From contig DATJWA010000013.1 of the NCBI GenBank assembly GCA_035501555.1, positions 60,276 to 124,275 on the forward strand: a stretch of 64,000 bases of DNA, read 5' to 3'. The notes under the pieces were generated by a model. It had not been told where the DNA came from and made no database searches. It saw nothing but the letters and a program-made list of their open reading frames with translations. Shown piece after piece: positions 29,319 to 40,643 of this stretch. Numbering within the stretch: position 1 is the first letter of the stretch; every line of letters begins with the position of its first letter. The position numbers and the translations under genes were made by a program. Source of the DNA: Thermoplasmata archaeon (GTDB taxonomy: Archaea > Thermoplasmatota > Thermoplasmata > Lutacidiplasmatales > UBA184).

Positions 29319-29869
29319 GACGCCTCCGTGGGCGAGGGGCTCGCCTCGACTGCGTCCGCGGCTCGGGTGCGGGCGACCACGACCTTCGCCGGACGAAGGA
29401 TCCCACCGTAGAAGCGGTACCCCTGCTGCACCACCTCAGCGACCGCGCCGTCCGGGACCCCCTCTCGCGGTACGGTCTCGCCCACGGCCTCCTGCTCGGC
29501 GGGATGGAACGGCTGCCCTACTTCGGCGATGGGAACCACGCCCTCGTGCTTGAGGAACGTCGCCCACTCCCGGTCGAGGAGGTCGAGGCCGTGGCGCACG
29601 GGGTCGCCGGGAGGGAGGGTCCCGAGCGCCTCGCGCGCGGCGCGGAACGCCTCGAGAATGGGGAGCAGTTCTCGGATCAGCCCCGCGCGTGCCTGCCGCG
29701 TGACCCCCTCCCGCTCGCGCTCGGTCCGCCGCCGGTAGTTCTCGAAGTCGGCGAGGAGGTAGCGGTACTTGACCGCCCAGTCCTCGGGCGGCGGGGTGGG
29801 CTCCTCGACCGGAGCGGTCGCGGGGGGGGTTTCGGGTGCGGCCGGGGGAACGTCCGGTTCGTCGGGCAT
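29315..29869 (-). CDS. grpE: GrpE nucleotide exchange factor
   Basis: RYLLADFENYRRR coiled-coil motif and GrpE C-terminal beta-domain. 4-nt overlap with hmgA. Confidence 0.75.
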   Translation of the reverse strand: MPDEPDVPPAAPETPPATAPVEEPTPPPEDWAVKYRYLLADFENYRRRTEREREGVTRQARAGLIRELLPILEAFRAAREALGTLPPGDPVRHGLDLLDREWATFLKHEGVVPIAEVGQPFHPAEQEAVGETVPREGVPDGAVAEVVQQGYRFYGGILRPAKVVVARTRAADAVEASPSPTEAS

Positions 29870-29989
29870 GGGGGAATGCGGTGCGGAGGGAGGGTCCGAG
29901 TATTAGGCGTTGCAGGGGTCGCGGACCCCGTCCCCGGGGCCCCCGGAAACGCCCCTCCGAACACGGATTCCCTGGGGGCCAAAAGGAGG

Positions 29990-31996
<2,007 letters not shown>

Positions 31997-32035
31997 CCGA
32001 GGAGGACGAGCACGGTCGACTCCGAGCCGACTCCG

Positions 32036-32989
32036 GTGGCCGAAGCCCTCGCGGCGAACGGCCTTCCGTCGGAGCCGGCCCCTCGGCGTCCGGTGCTTCA
32101 CGGGCCGGGGGGAACGGTCATCCTGCTCGCCACGCTCGACGCGGCCGGGCGTCCGACGTACCACGGGGTCTGGCTATCCCGGGGAGGGACCCGGTGGCTC
32201 GGCCCCCCGCCCCCGACGAGCCTGGTCGCGACCACCCACCGCCTTAGCGGCATCACCGGCGAGCTGGTCGACCTCCTCCAGGCGGCGGCGAGGAGCTACG
32301 TGGAGCGACTCGAGGACCTCTCCGAGCGACTGGACGCCGCCGAGGACCACGCGGAGGCCGCCCCCCTGGCCGACCTCGCCGCCCTGCACCGGGGGTACCG
32401 CGCAGTCCGGGGGCACGTCGCGCGGCTCTCGGTCGCGGTCTCCGAGCTGGACGGCCCCCTTGGCGAGCGGTTCCCGAAGCTTGCGGAGGTTCTGCCCGCG
32501 GTCCGGCCCGAGGTCGAGCACCTCGAGGAGTTCGCCTCCTGGGTCGGCCAGGGCATCCGGGACCTCGTCGCCCTACGCAACGCCGCCGAGGCCAACCGGC
32601 TCTCGGTCACGACCAACCGCCTCGGAGAGGTTTCGAATCGGATCGCCGCGTTCGCCAACACGTCCAACATCCGCATGCTCGGCGTCGCCTACGTCGCCCT
32701 CCTCCTCGGGCTGGTCAGCGCGGTCGTGCTGATCCCGAACACCGCCGCGACGATCCTCGGGATGCCGAGCGCGGCGTGGGTACCCGGGCTGTGGGTCGAC
32801 GTGATCCTGGCCGTGCTCGCGATCGTCCCCATCGCGATCGTCTTCAGCCGGCCGTGGGTGCGCCGGGTCCTCTCGGCCTTCCGTGCCTCCGAGACCCGGA
32901 CCGCCGAGGGGATCTCGGACCTTCCCGAGGTCGACCCCACGGCCGTGAACCGTCCCGCCGGCGAACGCCTTTTAGACCGCCGCCCGTAG
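32036..32989 (+). CDS. CorA-family divalent-cation transporter-like protein with GMP in place of GMN
   Basis: Two C-terminal TM helices flank LIPNTAATILGMP, and a basic tail (SRPWVRR) follows TM2, as in CorA/ZntB. The N-terminal domain is short. Confidence 0.5.
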   Translation: MAEALAANGLPSEPAPRRPVLHGPGGTVILLATLDAAGRPTYHGVWLSRGGTRWLGPPPPTSLVATTHRLSGITGELVDLLQAAARSYVERLEDLSERLDAAEDHAEAAPLADLAALHRGYRAVRGHVARLSVAVSELDGPLGERFPKLAEVLPAVRPEVEHLEEFASWVGQGIRDLVALRNAAEANRLSVTTNRLGEVSNRIAAFANTSNIRMLGVAYVALLLGLVSAVVLIPNTAATILGMPSAAWVPGLWVDVILAVLAIVPIAIVFSRPWVRRVLSAFRASETRTAEGISDLPEVDPTAVNRPAGERLLDRRP

Positions 32990-32996
32990 GTCGACC

Positions 32997-34316
32997 GTGA
33001 CGGCGGTCCCCCACGAGCCTCCTCGGGTGTTCCGCGACGCACTCCTCGTCACCCAGGACCCCGGCCGACGGGTCCTGCGGGGAGACGTCCGCGTCGACTC
33101 CGGGCGGATCACCCACGTCGGCCCCAACGCTCCGCGGGAGGGCGCGGAGATCGTCGAGGCGCACGACCGGGCCCTCGTGCCGGGGTTCGTCAACCTCCAC
33201 ACCCACGTCGCGATGCACCCCCTCCGCGGGATCGCGGACGACCGGGAGCTCGCCGGTTTCCTCGAGACCCTTTTCGCGGTGGATGCCCGCCGGGTCGAAG
33301 GGGATGTCGAGGCCGGTGCGCGCGCGGGAGTCGCGGAGATGCTCCTCGGCGGCACGACCTCGTTCCTCGACCTCTACTACCTCGAGGACGCGGTAGCCCG
33401 CGCGGTCGACGACCTCGGGATCCGCGGCTTCCTCGGCTGGGCCGTGCTGGACCCGGAACTGACCACCCAGCACGGCAAGCCGCTGGACAACGCCCGCGGG
33501 TTCATCGCGCGGTGGAAGGACTCCCCCCGCGTTCGCCCGCTGGTCGCCCCCCAGGGAGTCTACGTCTGCAACCAGGAGACCTGGCTCGGGGCTCGGGAAC
33601 TGGCCGAGCATTCGGGGACGCTCGTCCACTACCATCTCTCCGAGACCCGTCGGGAGGTGCACGAGCACGAGACGAAGACCGGGCGCCGACCGGTCGACTG
33701 GCTCGAGGAGATCGGCTTCCTCGGTCCGGGCCAGGTCGCGGCCCACGCGGTCTGGCTGACCTCGCACGAAATCCATTCTCTGGCGCAGCGTAAGGTAGGG
33801 ATCGCGCATTGCGCGAGCTCGAACCTGAAGCTCGCGTCCGGGGGCGTCGCCCCGGTCGTGGAGCTCCGCGCCGCCGGGGCCTCTGTCGGGCTCGGGACCG
33901 ACTCCGTCGCCTCCAACAACTCGCTGTCGATGCTCCGGGAGATGCACCTGGCTGGACTGGTCCAGAAGAACCACCGCTGGGATGCGACGGCGCTCGGTGC
34001 GCAGACCCTGCTGGACCTCGCGACGATCGAGGGGGCACGCGCCCTCGGCCGGGAGGTCGAGCTGGGGTCGCTCGAGGTCGGCAAGCGGGCCGACTTCTCG
34101 CTGTTCCGCCTCGACCATCCCACCCTCCTGCCCGCGCGCCCCGAAGCGATCGTCTCCCACCTCGCCTACTCCGCCAGCGAGGAGGCGGTCGACTCCGTCT
34201 ACGTCGACGGAGTCCCGGTCGTCAAGGGGCGTCAGCTCCTCCGGGGAGACTGGGAAGCGATCCGGAAGGGCCTCGAGGCGGCTGCCGAATCCCTCTGGTC
34301 CGCCCGGTCCGAGTGA
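32997..34316 (+). CDS. Amidohydrolase-superfamily deaminase (MtaD / SAH-MTA deaminase-like)
   Basis: GFVNLHTHVAMHP metal-binding HxH motif, and conserved H/D sites (HYHLSE, GTDS). Confidence 0.75.
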   Translation: MTAVPHEPPRVFRDALLVTQDPGRRVLRGDVRVDSGRITHVGPNAPREGAEIVEAHDRALVPGFVNLHTHVAMHPLRGIADDRELAGFLETLFAVDARRVEGDVEAGARAGVAEMLLGGTTSFLDLYYLEDAVARAVDDLGIRGFLGWAVLDPELTTQHGKPLDNARGFIARWKDSPRVRPLVAPQGVYVCNQETWLGARELAEHSGTLVHYHLSETRREVHEHETKTGRRPVDWLEEIGFLGPGQVAAHAVWLTSHEIHSLAQRKVGIAHCASSNLKLASGGVAPVVELRAAGASVGLGTDSVASNNSLSMLREMHLAGLVQKNHRWDATALGAQTLLDLATIEGARALGREVELGSLEVGKRADFSLFRLDHPTLLPARPEAIVSHLAYSASEEAVDSVYVDGVPVVKGRQLLRGDWEAIRKGLEAAAESLWSARSE

Positions 34317-34323
34317 AAGGGTC

Positions 34324-35007
34324 CTACACCTCGCGCTGGAGCGCGGCGACCAGGTGGCTTCCCAACGAGTGGGCGAGCTCGTCGGGCGAGGCGTGCACCC
34401 CCACTTCGGTGAGGCACGTCAGGCGATCGGCCGGTCCGGGTTCGGGCAGACCGAACCATCGAGCGACACTCCGCCGGTCGAGGGTGCGGGAGAGCGAGCC
34501 GGCGTGCAGGAGAGTCGTTCCGGTGGCATGCTGGGCGGCGGCGGCGAGTACCCGACCCTCACAGTCGAGGACCAGCCCGCGCCGACTCAGCGGACAGTAA
34601 TCCTCCGACAGCCCCATAGGCCCCACCCAACGAGTGGATATCCCCCGAGCCGCGAGCATGTCCACCAACCCCTGGCCGAAGCGGTCGTAGGCTCGGACGA
34701 AGCCGCGACCGACCCGGGGGTCGGCTCGTGGCAGGATGACAGCCCAGACGAGGTCTCCCGGAAAGTGGACGAGCCCGGTGCCCCCCGAGGCGCGCGGCAC
34801 GACGGACACCTGGTCCTCTCGGGCCCGCGCCAAGTAGGGGGCGGTCTTGCGGACGCCGACCCCGTACGATACCGCGGTCTCGCCCAGCGAGGCGACGTGG
34901 ACGGTCGCACGGCCCACGCGGAGCAGACGTTCCTGGCTAGCGAGAACCTTCTCGACCGTGAGTTCCCTCTCCAAGACCACGGGTAGCGGGGGGGAAGGAC
35001 TTGTCAT
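34324..35007 (-). CDS. Lipoate/biotin-protein ligase (BPL/LPL catalytic domain) family protein
   Basis: GGTGLVHFPGDLVWAVILP motif of the LplA/LipB catalytic domain. Start placed at MTSPSP. Confidence 0.6.
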   Translation of the reverse strand: MTSPSPPLPVVLERELTVEKVLASQERLLRVGRATVHVASLGETAVSYGVGVRKTAPYLARAREDQVSVVPRASGGTGLVHFPGDLVWAVILPRADPRVGRGFVRAYDRFGQGLVDMLAARGISTRWVGPMGLSEDYCPLSRRGLVLDCEGRVLAAAAQHATGTTLLHAGSLSRTLDRRSVARWFGLPEPGPADRLTCLTEVGVHASPDELAHSLGSHLVAALQREV

Positions 35008-35023
35008 ATGACCCTCCCGGGGG

Positions 35024-35629
35024 ATGGCCAGCGGTTCACTAAAACGGTATGAACCCAGCCGGGGTCGGTCCTCGGTGGCCGAATCCGACCAGTTCAAGCT
35101 TCACCTGGGCGACCCGGCGCCCCCCTTCGAGTTGCAGGGAGTAGACGGGAAGACCTATTCGCTCGCCGGGTTCCGCAGTCCTTTCCTGCTCGTCACGTTC
35201 TGGTGCAACCACTGCCCGTACGTTCAGGCCTGGGAGAGGCGGATGATCGACCTCGGGGAGCGGTACCTTCCGAAAGGGGTGGGATTTGTCCTCATCAATT
35301 CGAATGACGCGCGAGCCTACCCGGAGGACAGCCTCGACAACATGGTCCGCCGGGCGCGCGAAAAGAAGTACCCCTTTCCGTACCTGGTCGATGAGTCGCA
35401 GGCGATCGCGCGGGCCTACGGCGCGCTAGTGACCCCGCACCCCATGCTCTTTGGACCGGACCGCCGGCTCCTGTTCCAGGGCCGGATCGACAACGACCAC
35501 CAGCACCAGGAGCGCGTCACCGAACGGTACCTCGAACGGGCCCTCGAACAGGCGCTGGCCCGCCAGCCGGTGCAGCCCGCGGAGCTATCGGTGCTCGGTT
35601 GCTCGGTCAAGTGGAAGCCGGGGTCCTGA
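35024..35629 (+). CDS. Thioredoxin-fold redoxin (AhpC/TSA-TlpA-like)
   Basis: FWCNHCPY active-site motif. The 3' end overlaps the nop5 3' end (convergent). Confidence 0.65.
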   Translation: MASGSLKRYEPSRGRSSVAESDQFKLHLGDPAPPFELQGVDGKTYSLAGFRSPFLLVTFWCNHCPYVQAWERRMIDLGERYLPKGVGFVLINSNDARAYPEDSLDNMVRRAREKKYPFPYLVDESQAIARAYGALVTPHPMLFGPDRRLLFQGRIDNDHQHQERVTERYLERALEQALARQPVQPAELSVLGCSVKWKPGS

Positions 35630-36631
35630 GCTCCGACCTCGGGCCGGCGGTTTGCCCCGCCGGGCCTTGAGCTCGGAGCGCCGGACGTCGAAGGCACGGG
35701 AGAGGGCAGGGTCGACCGGACGCCCCGCGTGGTCTAGACGAGCCGCGATCGCCACCTTGCCGGCGAGGGCCCGCGCAAGCTTCCCGCGCTCCCGGCGAGG
35801 CGCGGACTGGAGCGCCGGGTGGGTGAAGAGCAGACCGTGGCGTGGCGGGGGCGCGCGGCCCCTGAGGTGCTCGAAGAACGCGCGCTCCGCACCGAGCACC
35901 TGCACGGTGCTCGACGGGAGCCGGGCGAGTCGTTCGAGTCCCCCCGCCTGGGCGATCAGGCGAGCGGCCAGTTCAGGGCCCAGCAGGGCGCAGAGGTTGG
36001 GCGTCCGGCGGGGCGACGTCCCCTCGACGGCAGCCGCCAGGGCAATCCGGACGTCTCCCGCGGACCGGTACAGCTCCGCGAGCCGGCGCCGCGCTTGGAC
36101 CAACCCGACGTCGGTCGGAGCCAACGGCCCGGCCGTATCGCCCTCGAGCACGGCGCGCGCGGCCCGGGAATGGTCCCCCGGGTCCACATCGGGCCGGTCC
36201 CGCGAGACCCAGCTCCCGAGCCGTTCCCCCAACAAGTTCTGCATCCGGTCGAGGTCACCCGCGGCCCGAACGGCTTCCTGGATGTGGATCGACGGGTCCC
36301 AGGCCTCCTTCAGGGCGGAGTCCCCCTCAGAGAGCAGGAGGGTCCGTCCGAGCTCGGGGTCGACCCCGACCGCGCGCGGGTCGACCTCGGCGACAGCCCG
36401 GGGGTCGAGCCGGATCCCGTATGGGACGAGTCGCCGGTCGCGGGTCGTCCACTCCTCGCGCCCGCGCTCGCCGAGCAATGTGGTCTCCTCGGCCGTCAGC
36501 TGACCGGTCCGGCGCTCCCGGACCCGAGCGCTGAGCTCGCCCGGATCGAGTGGGGCGAGCACGGACCGCACCACCCGGGTTCCGTCGACCAAGTGGACGC
36601 CGAACCACGTGGTCACCACCGTCTTGGCCAT
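35585..36631 (-). CDS. nop5: C/D box snoRNP protein Nop5 (Nop56/58)
   Basis: C-terminal Nop domain (ERAFFEHLRGRAPPPRHGLLFTHPALQSAPRRERGKLARALAGKVAIAARLD) and an N-terminal Nop5-N domain. A short variant at 348 aa. Confidence 0.8.
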   Translation of the reverse strand: MAKTVVTTWFGVHLVDGTRVVRSVLAPLDPGELSARVRERRTGQLTAEETTLLGERGREEWTTRDRRLVPYGIRLDPRAVAEVDPRAVGVDPELGRTLLLSEGDSALKEAWDPSIHIQEAVRAAGDLDRMQNLLGERLGSWVSRDRPDVDPGDHSRAARAVLEGDTAGPLAPTDVGLVQARRRLAELYRSAGDVRIALAAAVEGTSPRRTPNLCALLGPELAARLIAQAGGLERLARLPSSTVQVLGAERAFFEHLRGRAPPPRHGLLFTHPALQSAPRRERGKLARALAGKVAIAARLDHAGRPVDPALSRAFDVRRSELKARRGKPPARGRSSGPRLPLDRATEHR

Positions 36632-36704
36632 TTCAAGAACCGCCCTGTTGCGTGGGGCGCTAACCCACCGTGCCTAAATAGCGCGGCCCGGCTCCGCGAC
36701 CGGC

Positions 36705-37607
36705 ATGTCGGCCTCAGCCCCCCGCCCGCTGGTGCGCGCCGAGCGGCGCGGTCCGTCCCTGGTCCTCACGCTCGACCATCCGCCCGTCAACGTCCTCTCG
36801 CGCCCGGTACTCGAGGAGTTGTCTTCGCGGTTGAGGGAGGCGAATTCGGACCCCGCCGTACGCGTGGTTGTACTGAACAGCGCCGCGGAGAAGGCATTCG
36901 CCGCCGGCGCCGACATTCGAGAGATGGCCCCGCTGGGCCCTGCCGAGGCGAGAGCCCACGGGGCGCGGGGGCAGGCGGTGACCCGGCTGATCGAACGTCT
37001 TCCCCTCCCGGTGATCGCGGCCGTGCACGGGGTGTGCCTCGGCGGAGGCTGTGAGATCGCCCTCGCGTGCGACTTTGTCTTCGCGACGCCGGACGCTCAG
37101 TTCGGCCAGCCGGAGATCAACCTCGGCGTCACGCCGGGGTGGGGAGGGTCCCAACGGCTCCCCCGCCGCATCGGCGCGGCCCGCGCTCGCCGTTGGATCT
37201 ACACCGGACGCTCGGTGTCCGCCGCCGAGGCGCACGCGGACGGCTGGGTGGACCGTATCGTCCCGCGGACCGAATTGCTTCCGTCGGCGCTCGAGTTCGC
37301 CGAAGAGCTAGCCGGTAAGCCCCCGCTGGCTCTGGCGGCAGCCAAGTACGAAATTCTGCGGGCGCAGGACCCCCGTATCGACGAGGATCTCCGGTACGAA
37401 CTGGGACTTTGGGCTCGCCTCTTTGGTTCGCGGGACCAGCGGGAGGGAATGACGGCGTTCCTCGAGAAGCGTCCGCTCCCTCCACGGGACCGCAGCGACT
37501 GGGAGGCTCAGTCCCATGGGTTCCCGTGGGCGGAACCCACGGGCTCGGACCGGCCGACCCCTCCGGGCGGAAAGCGGAAAAGGGACGAGGTGTCGGGTCC
37601 CCTCTGA
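36705..37607 (+). CDS. Enoyl-CoA hydratase/isomerase (crotonase) family
   Basis: AFAAGADI oxyanion motif, GGGCEIALACD, and the NLG..PG.GG motif. The stop is 1 nt before tRNA-Thr. Confidence 0.8.
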   Translation: MSASAPRPLVRAERRGPSLVLTLDHPPVNVLSRPVLEELSSRLREANSDPAVRVVVLNSAAEKAFAAGADIREMAPLGPAEARAHGARGQAVTRLIERLPLPVIAAVHGVCLGGGCEIALACDFVFATPDAQFGQPEINLGVTPGWGGSQRLPRRIGAARARRWIYTGRSVSAAEAHADGWVDRIVPRTELLPSALEFAEELAGKPPLALAAAKYEILRAQDPRIDEDLRYELGLWARLFGSRDQREGMTAFLEKRPLPPRDRSDWEAQSHGFPWAEPTGSDRPTPPGGKRKRDEVSGPL

Positions 37608-37608
37608 C

Positions 37609-37681
37609 GCCGCGGTGGCTCAGCTGGCAGAGCGGCTCCTTGGTAAGGAGCAGGCCGAGGGTTCAAATCCCTCCCGCGGCT
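37609..37681 (+). tRNA. tRNA-Thr (GGU)
   Basis: Hand fold: acceptor GCCGCGG/CCGCGGC, D-stem GCTC/GAGC, anticodon stem GCTCC/GGAGC with loop TTGGTAA, T-arm GAGGG-TTCAAAT-CCCTC. 73 nt. Confidence 0.85.
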
Positions 37682-38015
37682 GATCTCTCTCCGTGCGCCC
37701 GTGAAGCGGCCCGACGGGCGCGGCTCGGGGACCTTCCCCTGAGTTCGCCCGATCACTCCGAAGAACGGGCGACCGGCTCCGAGAGGGCTTCTTAGAGAAC
37801 TGCCTTCCTGCAAAACTGTGGAGGCCGAAGGCGACGCGTTCTCGCGTTTCCCGTACTGGCCCTTCCGTGAGACCCCGTACCGCTTCCACCACGGCCGAAC
37901 CCCCCGCGTACCATGCGGAGGGGTTCTGCCGCTCTTGCCGTGATGGGGACCACCATGGCCCCCGGGTGTGCCCCCAGCTATTTCTGTGCCGCGACCTTCG
38001 CCGCTCGGCGAGTCG

Positions 38016-39210
38016 AATGCGTCGCACGGCGGGAAAGCTCGCTGGGTCCCCTATCTCTTGGGATCAAGTCAGGGCCTTCCGACTGAATCGCCACCATCTG
38101 TCCCAACGGGCTCCGAAGAAGGCGCTTACCTCCGTCGTGACCGATATGGGCGGGGCCCAAGCCCAGCTGGTATCGGCAGCTCAGGTATCGCTCTGGGCGC
38201 GGACGGAGAATTTGGTGCCCGCGGACGTCAACTCCGCACTTTGGGAAGACCGCCTTCTCGCGAAGGCCTGGTGTATGCGAAGAACAGTGCACTTACTTCC
38301 TACGGAGCATCTTGCCGTATTCGTCAGAGGCACGGCTCGTAGGGCGGAGAAGGAGGTCCGCTACGTGCTCAACCGTGGAGTGACCGCGGAGCGGCTGGAG
38401 GAGCTACTGAGGGTGGTGATCGCCGTTCTCGATCGGCCTGTCACTCGCTCGCAACTGGCCGTTCTCGTGAGCCGAGAGCTCTCCTTGCCGTTGACCACAG
38501 GTCAATGGGCCGGTTGGGGCAGCCGGCGGGAAGTTCCCTGCGTGAAGATGGCGAATTTCACGTTTCCCGCGGACTTTTTGCTCCACCTCGCGGGGGCACG
38601 GGGGGTCCTCTGCGCAGGACCTGACAATGAAGGCGAGTCCACTTCGGTTCGAGCGGATGCATGGCTGCCTCGCTGGCATGACCTGCCGGGCCTTCGGGCG
38701 GAGCAGGAGCTCCTCCGCTTGTATCTCCGCGCGTACGGGCCCGCGACGCCATCCGATTTCAAAGCATGGACTCAGATGCGACTTGCCGACGCACGGACCA
38801 TCTGGACACGCCTAGAAAGCGAGCTCGAGCCAGTTGACATAGAGGGAGAAGCGAAGTGGATTCTCCGAGCGGATCTGCGTGAGCTCGAGCACGCCGAGCT
38901 CCCTGGGTTATCGGTGTGCTTGCTCCCGTACTTCGACTCGTTTCTCCTCGGACACGAAAGGCGCGGCCATCTCCTCGAGGCGCGACACCATCCCCAAGTA
39001 TATCGGGCTCAGGGCTGGATTGCTCCGGTGCTCTTGGTCAACGGTCGGGTCGTGGGTGTGTGGACTCACACTCGGAAGGGAGACCTGCTGACCGTGCGGG
39101 TCACCCGTTTCTCCCGCTTGCCATCGGGGGTCGATCCTCGGGTCCGAGCAGAGGCCCAAGGCCTCGCACGGTTCCTAGGATGTTCTGGCGCGACTACGCT
39201 CTTGAGCTGA
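38016..39210 (+). CDS. Winged-helix HTH_42 / AlkZ-YcaQ-like protein (putative DNA glycosylase)
   Basis: The N-terminal half matches the DUF1006/HTH_42 family (AQ..W.....R...LLK.W.MR.T.HLLP). About 398 aa from ATG 38016. Sits in the lower-GC segment. Confidence 0.55.
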
Positions 39211-39816
39211 GGCGAGGTCGGCTCGTCCACGGCATTGCCGCGTTCCCGATAGATTCGGCTGGCGCAGCGTCGACAGCGGCTCCGTTCGTCCGCCAAGTCG
39301 ATTCTCCACGATTCGAACGCGTTCCTTCCCCATCCCGAAACCACCCTTTTCCGAACTCACCGACAACCTCGGACGGGCCAGCCGGGCGGCTGGGGCTTTG
39401 AACCAATCGACGAAGCCCTCCCGCGGCTGATTTCCCTCGATTCCCTCGGGGCGAACGGGTGTGGAGGGACCCGAACCCTAGTGTCAGGGCCTCCTTGGGC
39501 GCTCGGTCGGTGACCTGACCGTACGGAGCGCGTCGACTCCTCTCCCCTCTCGGGGGAGGGAGAATCGCGGGCGCGGTCAGCGGGAGCGGGGGTTCCCACC
39601 CACTAGTGTGGCCGTCGGATACCATGTTTCCGTCAGAACACGGCGCCGGAGACATTCGTTCCAGAAGGAGTTGGAGCGACTCCCCTTCGGGTACCCTCAA
39701 TGGGCGACCTGACGACGGGAGCACAACCGGGTCGCGGGGTCCGAGCGCCGCCGCGCAGGACGAGCTCTTGATAAGTATCTGGCCCCCGTACGTTCCCTCG
39801 ATTTGGAAGGGCTTCG

Positions 39817-40503
39817 ATGGAAGCCGGATCTGACCACGCTCTAACCGGGCTGGCGTTCGCGGCGACGCCCATCGGGATTGCGCTTCTCTTGCTCGGGGCC
39901 TGGCTGTCTGGGATAGATTGCTGGAGCGGCCCGGTGGCCTTCTCGACGTGCCCCCTGTCCGACCTTGAGTACACGTTCCGTGCCGTACTTCTCTTCTCGG
40001 GCGGGATTGCCCTCGGACTGGGACTCGGCCTCCTTACGCAGATCATGGTCGAGAAGCGTCGCTTGGCCGGGCGTAGGGCGCAGCCAAGAGATGGGCCCCC
40101 CCGCGACACTGGCCCGCCGCCCAAGCGGTCGCCCCTGACCGTCACCATGGTTTGCGTTGCCGTCGCCGTGGCAACGCTCGTCGCACTCGTCGTGGTCCCT
40201 GTCCCCCAAGGGTTCACGATGCACGACGCGGCCATTTACGATCTCGAAACGGACTGTCCGGGGATCTATACTTCACCGGGCACGGTGGTCAGCTTCCATT
40301 GGTCTGCTGGGTCGTTCACGTACTTCTTCGTCGTGGGCTGTCCGGCTAACGAAGAGGTGTACGATGCCAACGGAACCAGCGGCTCGGGTTCCTTCATCTC
40401 CTCTGGCGGCATCTATGAGTTCGGTGGCTCCTGCCCGAGCTCGCTTTTCTGCGTCCCGGCTAACGTATCCGGCACCTACACAGGTCCAATCATCCCACCG
40501 TAA
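39817..40503 (+). CDS. Membrane-anchored Cys-containing protein (unknown)
   Basis: Three hydrophobic helices, then a ~110-aa Gly/Ser/Cys-rich C-terminal domain. No recognisable family. Confidence 0.35.
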   Translation: MEAGSDHALTGLAFAATPIGIALLLLGAWLSGIDCWSGPVAFSTCPLSDLEYTFRAVLLFSGGIALGLGLGLLTQIMVEKRRLAGRRAQPRDGPPRDTGPPPKRSPLTVTMVCVAVAVATLVALVVVPVPQGFTMHDAAIYDLETDCPGIYTSPGTVVSFHWSAGSFTYFFVVGCPANEEVYDANGTSGSGSFISSGGIYEFGGSCPSSLFCVPANVSGTYTGPIIPP

Positions 40504-40643
40504 CGTCTCCGTCAGCCGTTTCCATACAGGCACGACGGCCGACTGAGTGGCGGCTCGAGCCACGAGGGCGGCCGTGCTGCGAGGGCGGCCGCGAGCGCAG
40601 GCGTCTAGGCTGCTTCACCGACCGGTGGGGTCGAGAGCGGGCG

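Noticed and set aside
31997-32989. Expected gyrA downstream of gyrB
   Set aside because: The downstream ORF has no GyrA motifs (no active-site Tyr region, no beta-pinwheel repeats). It looks like a 2-TM CorA-like protein instead.
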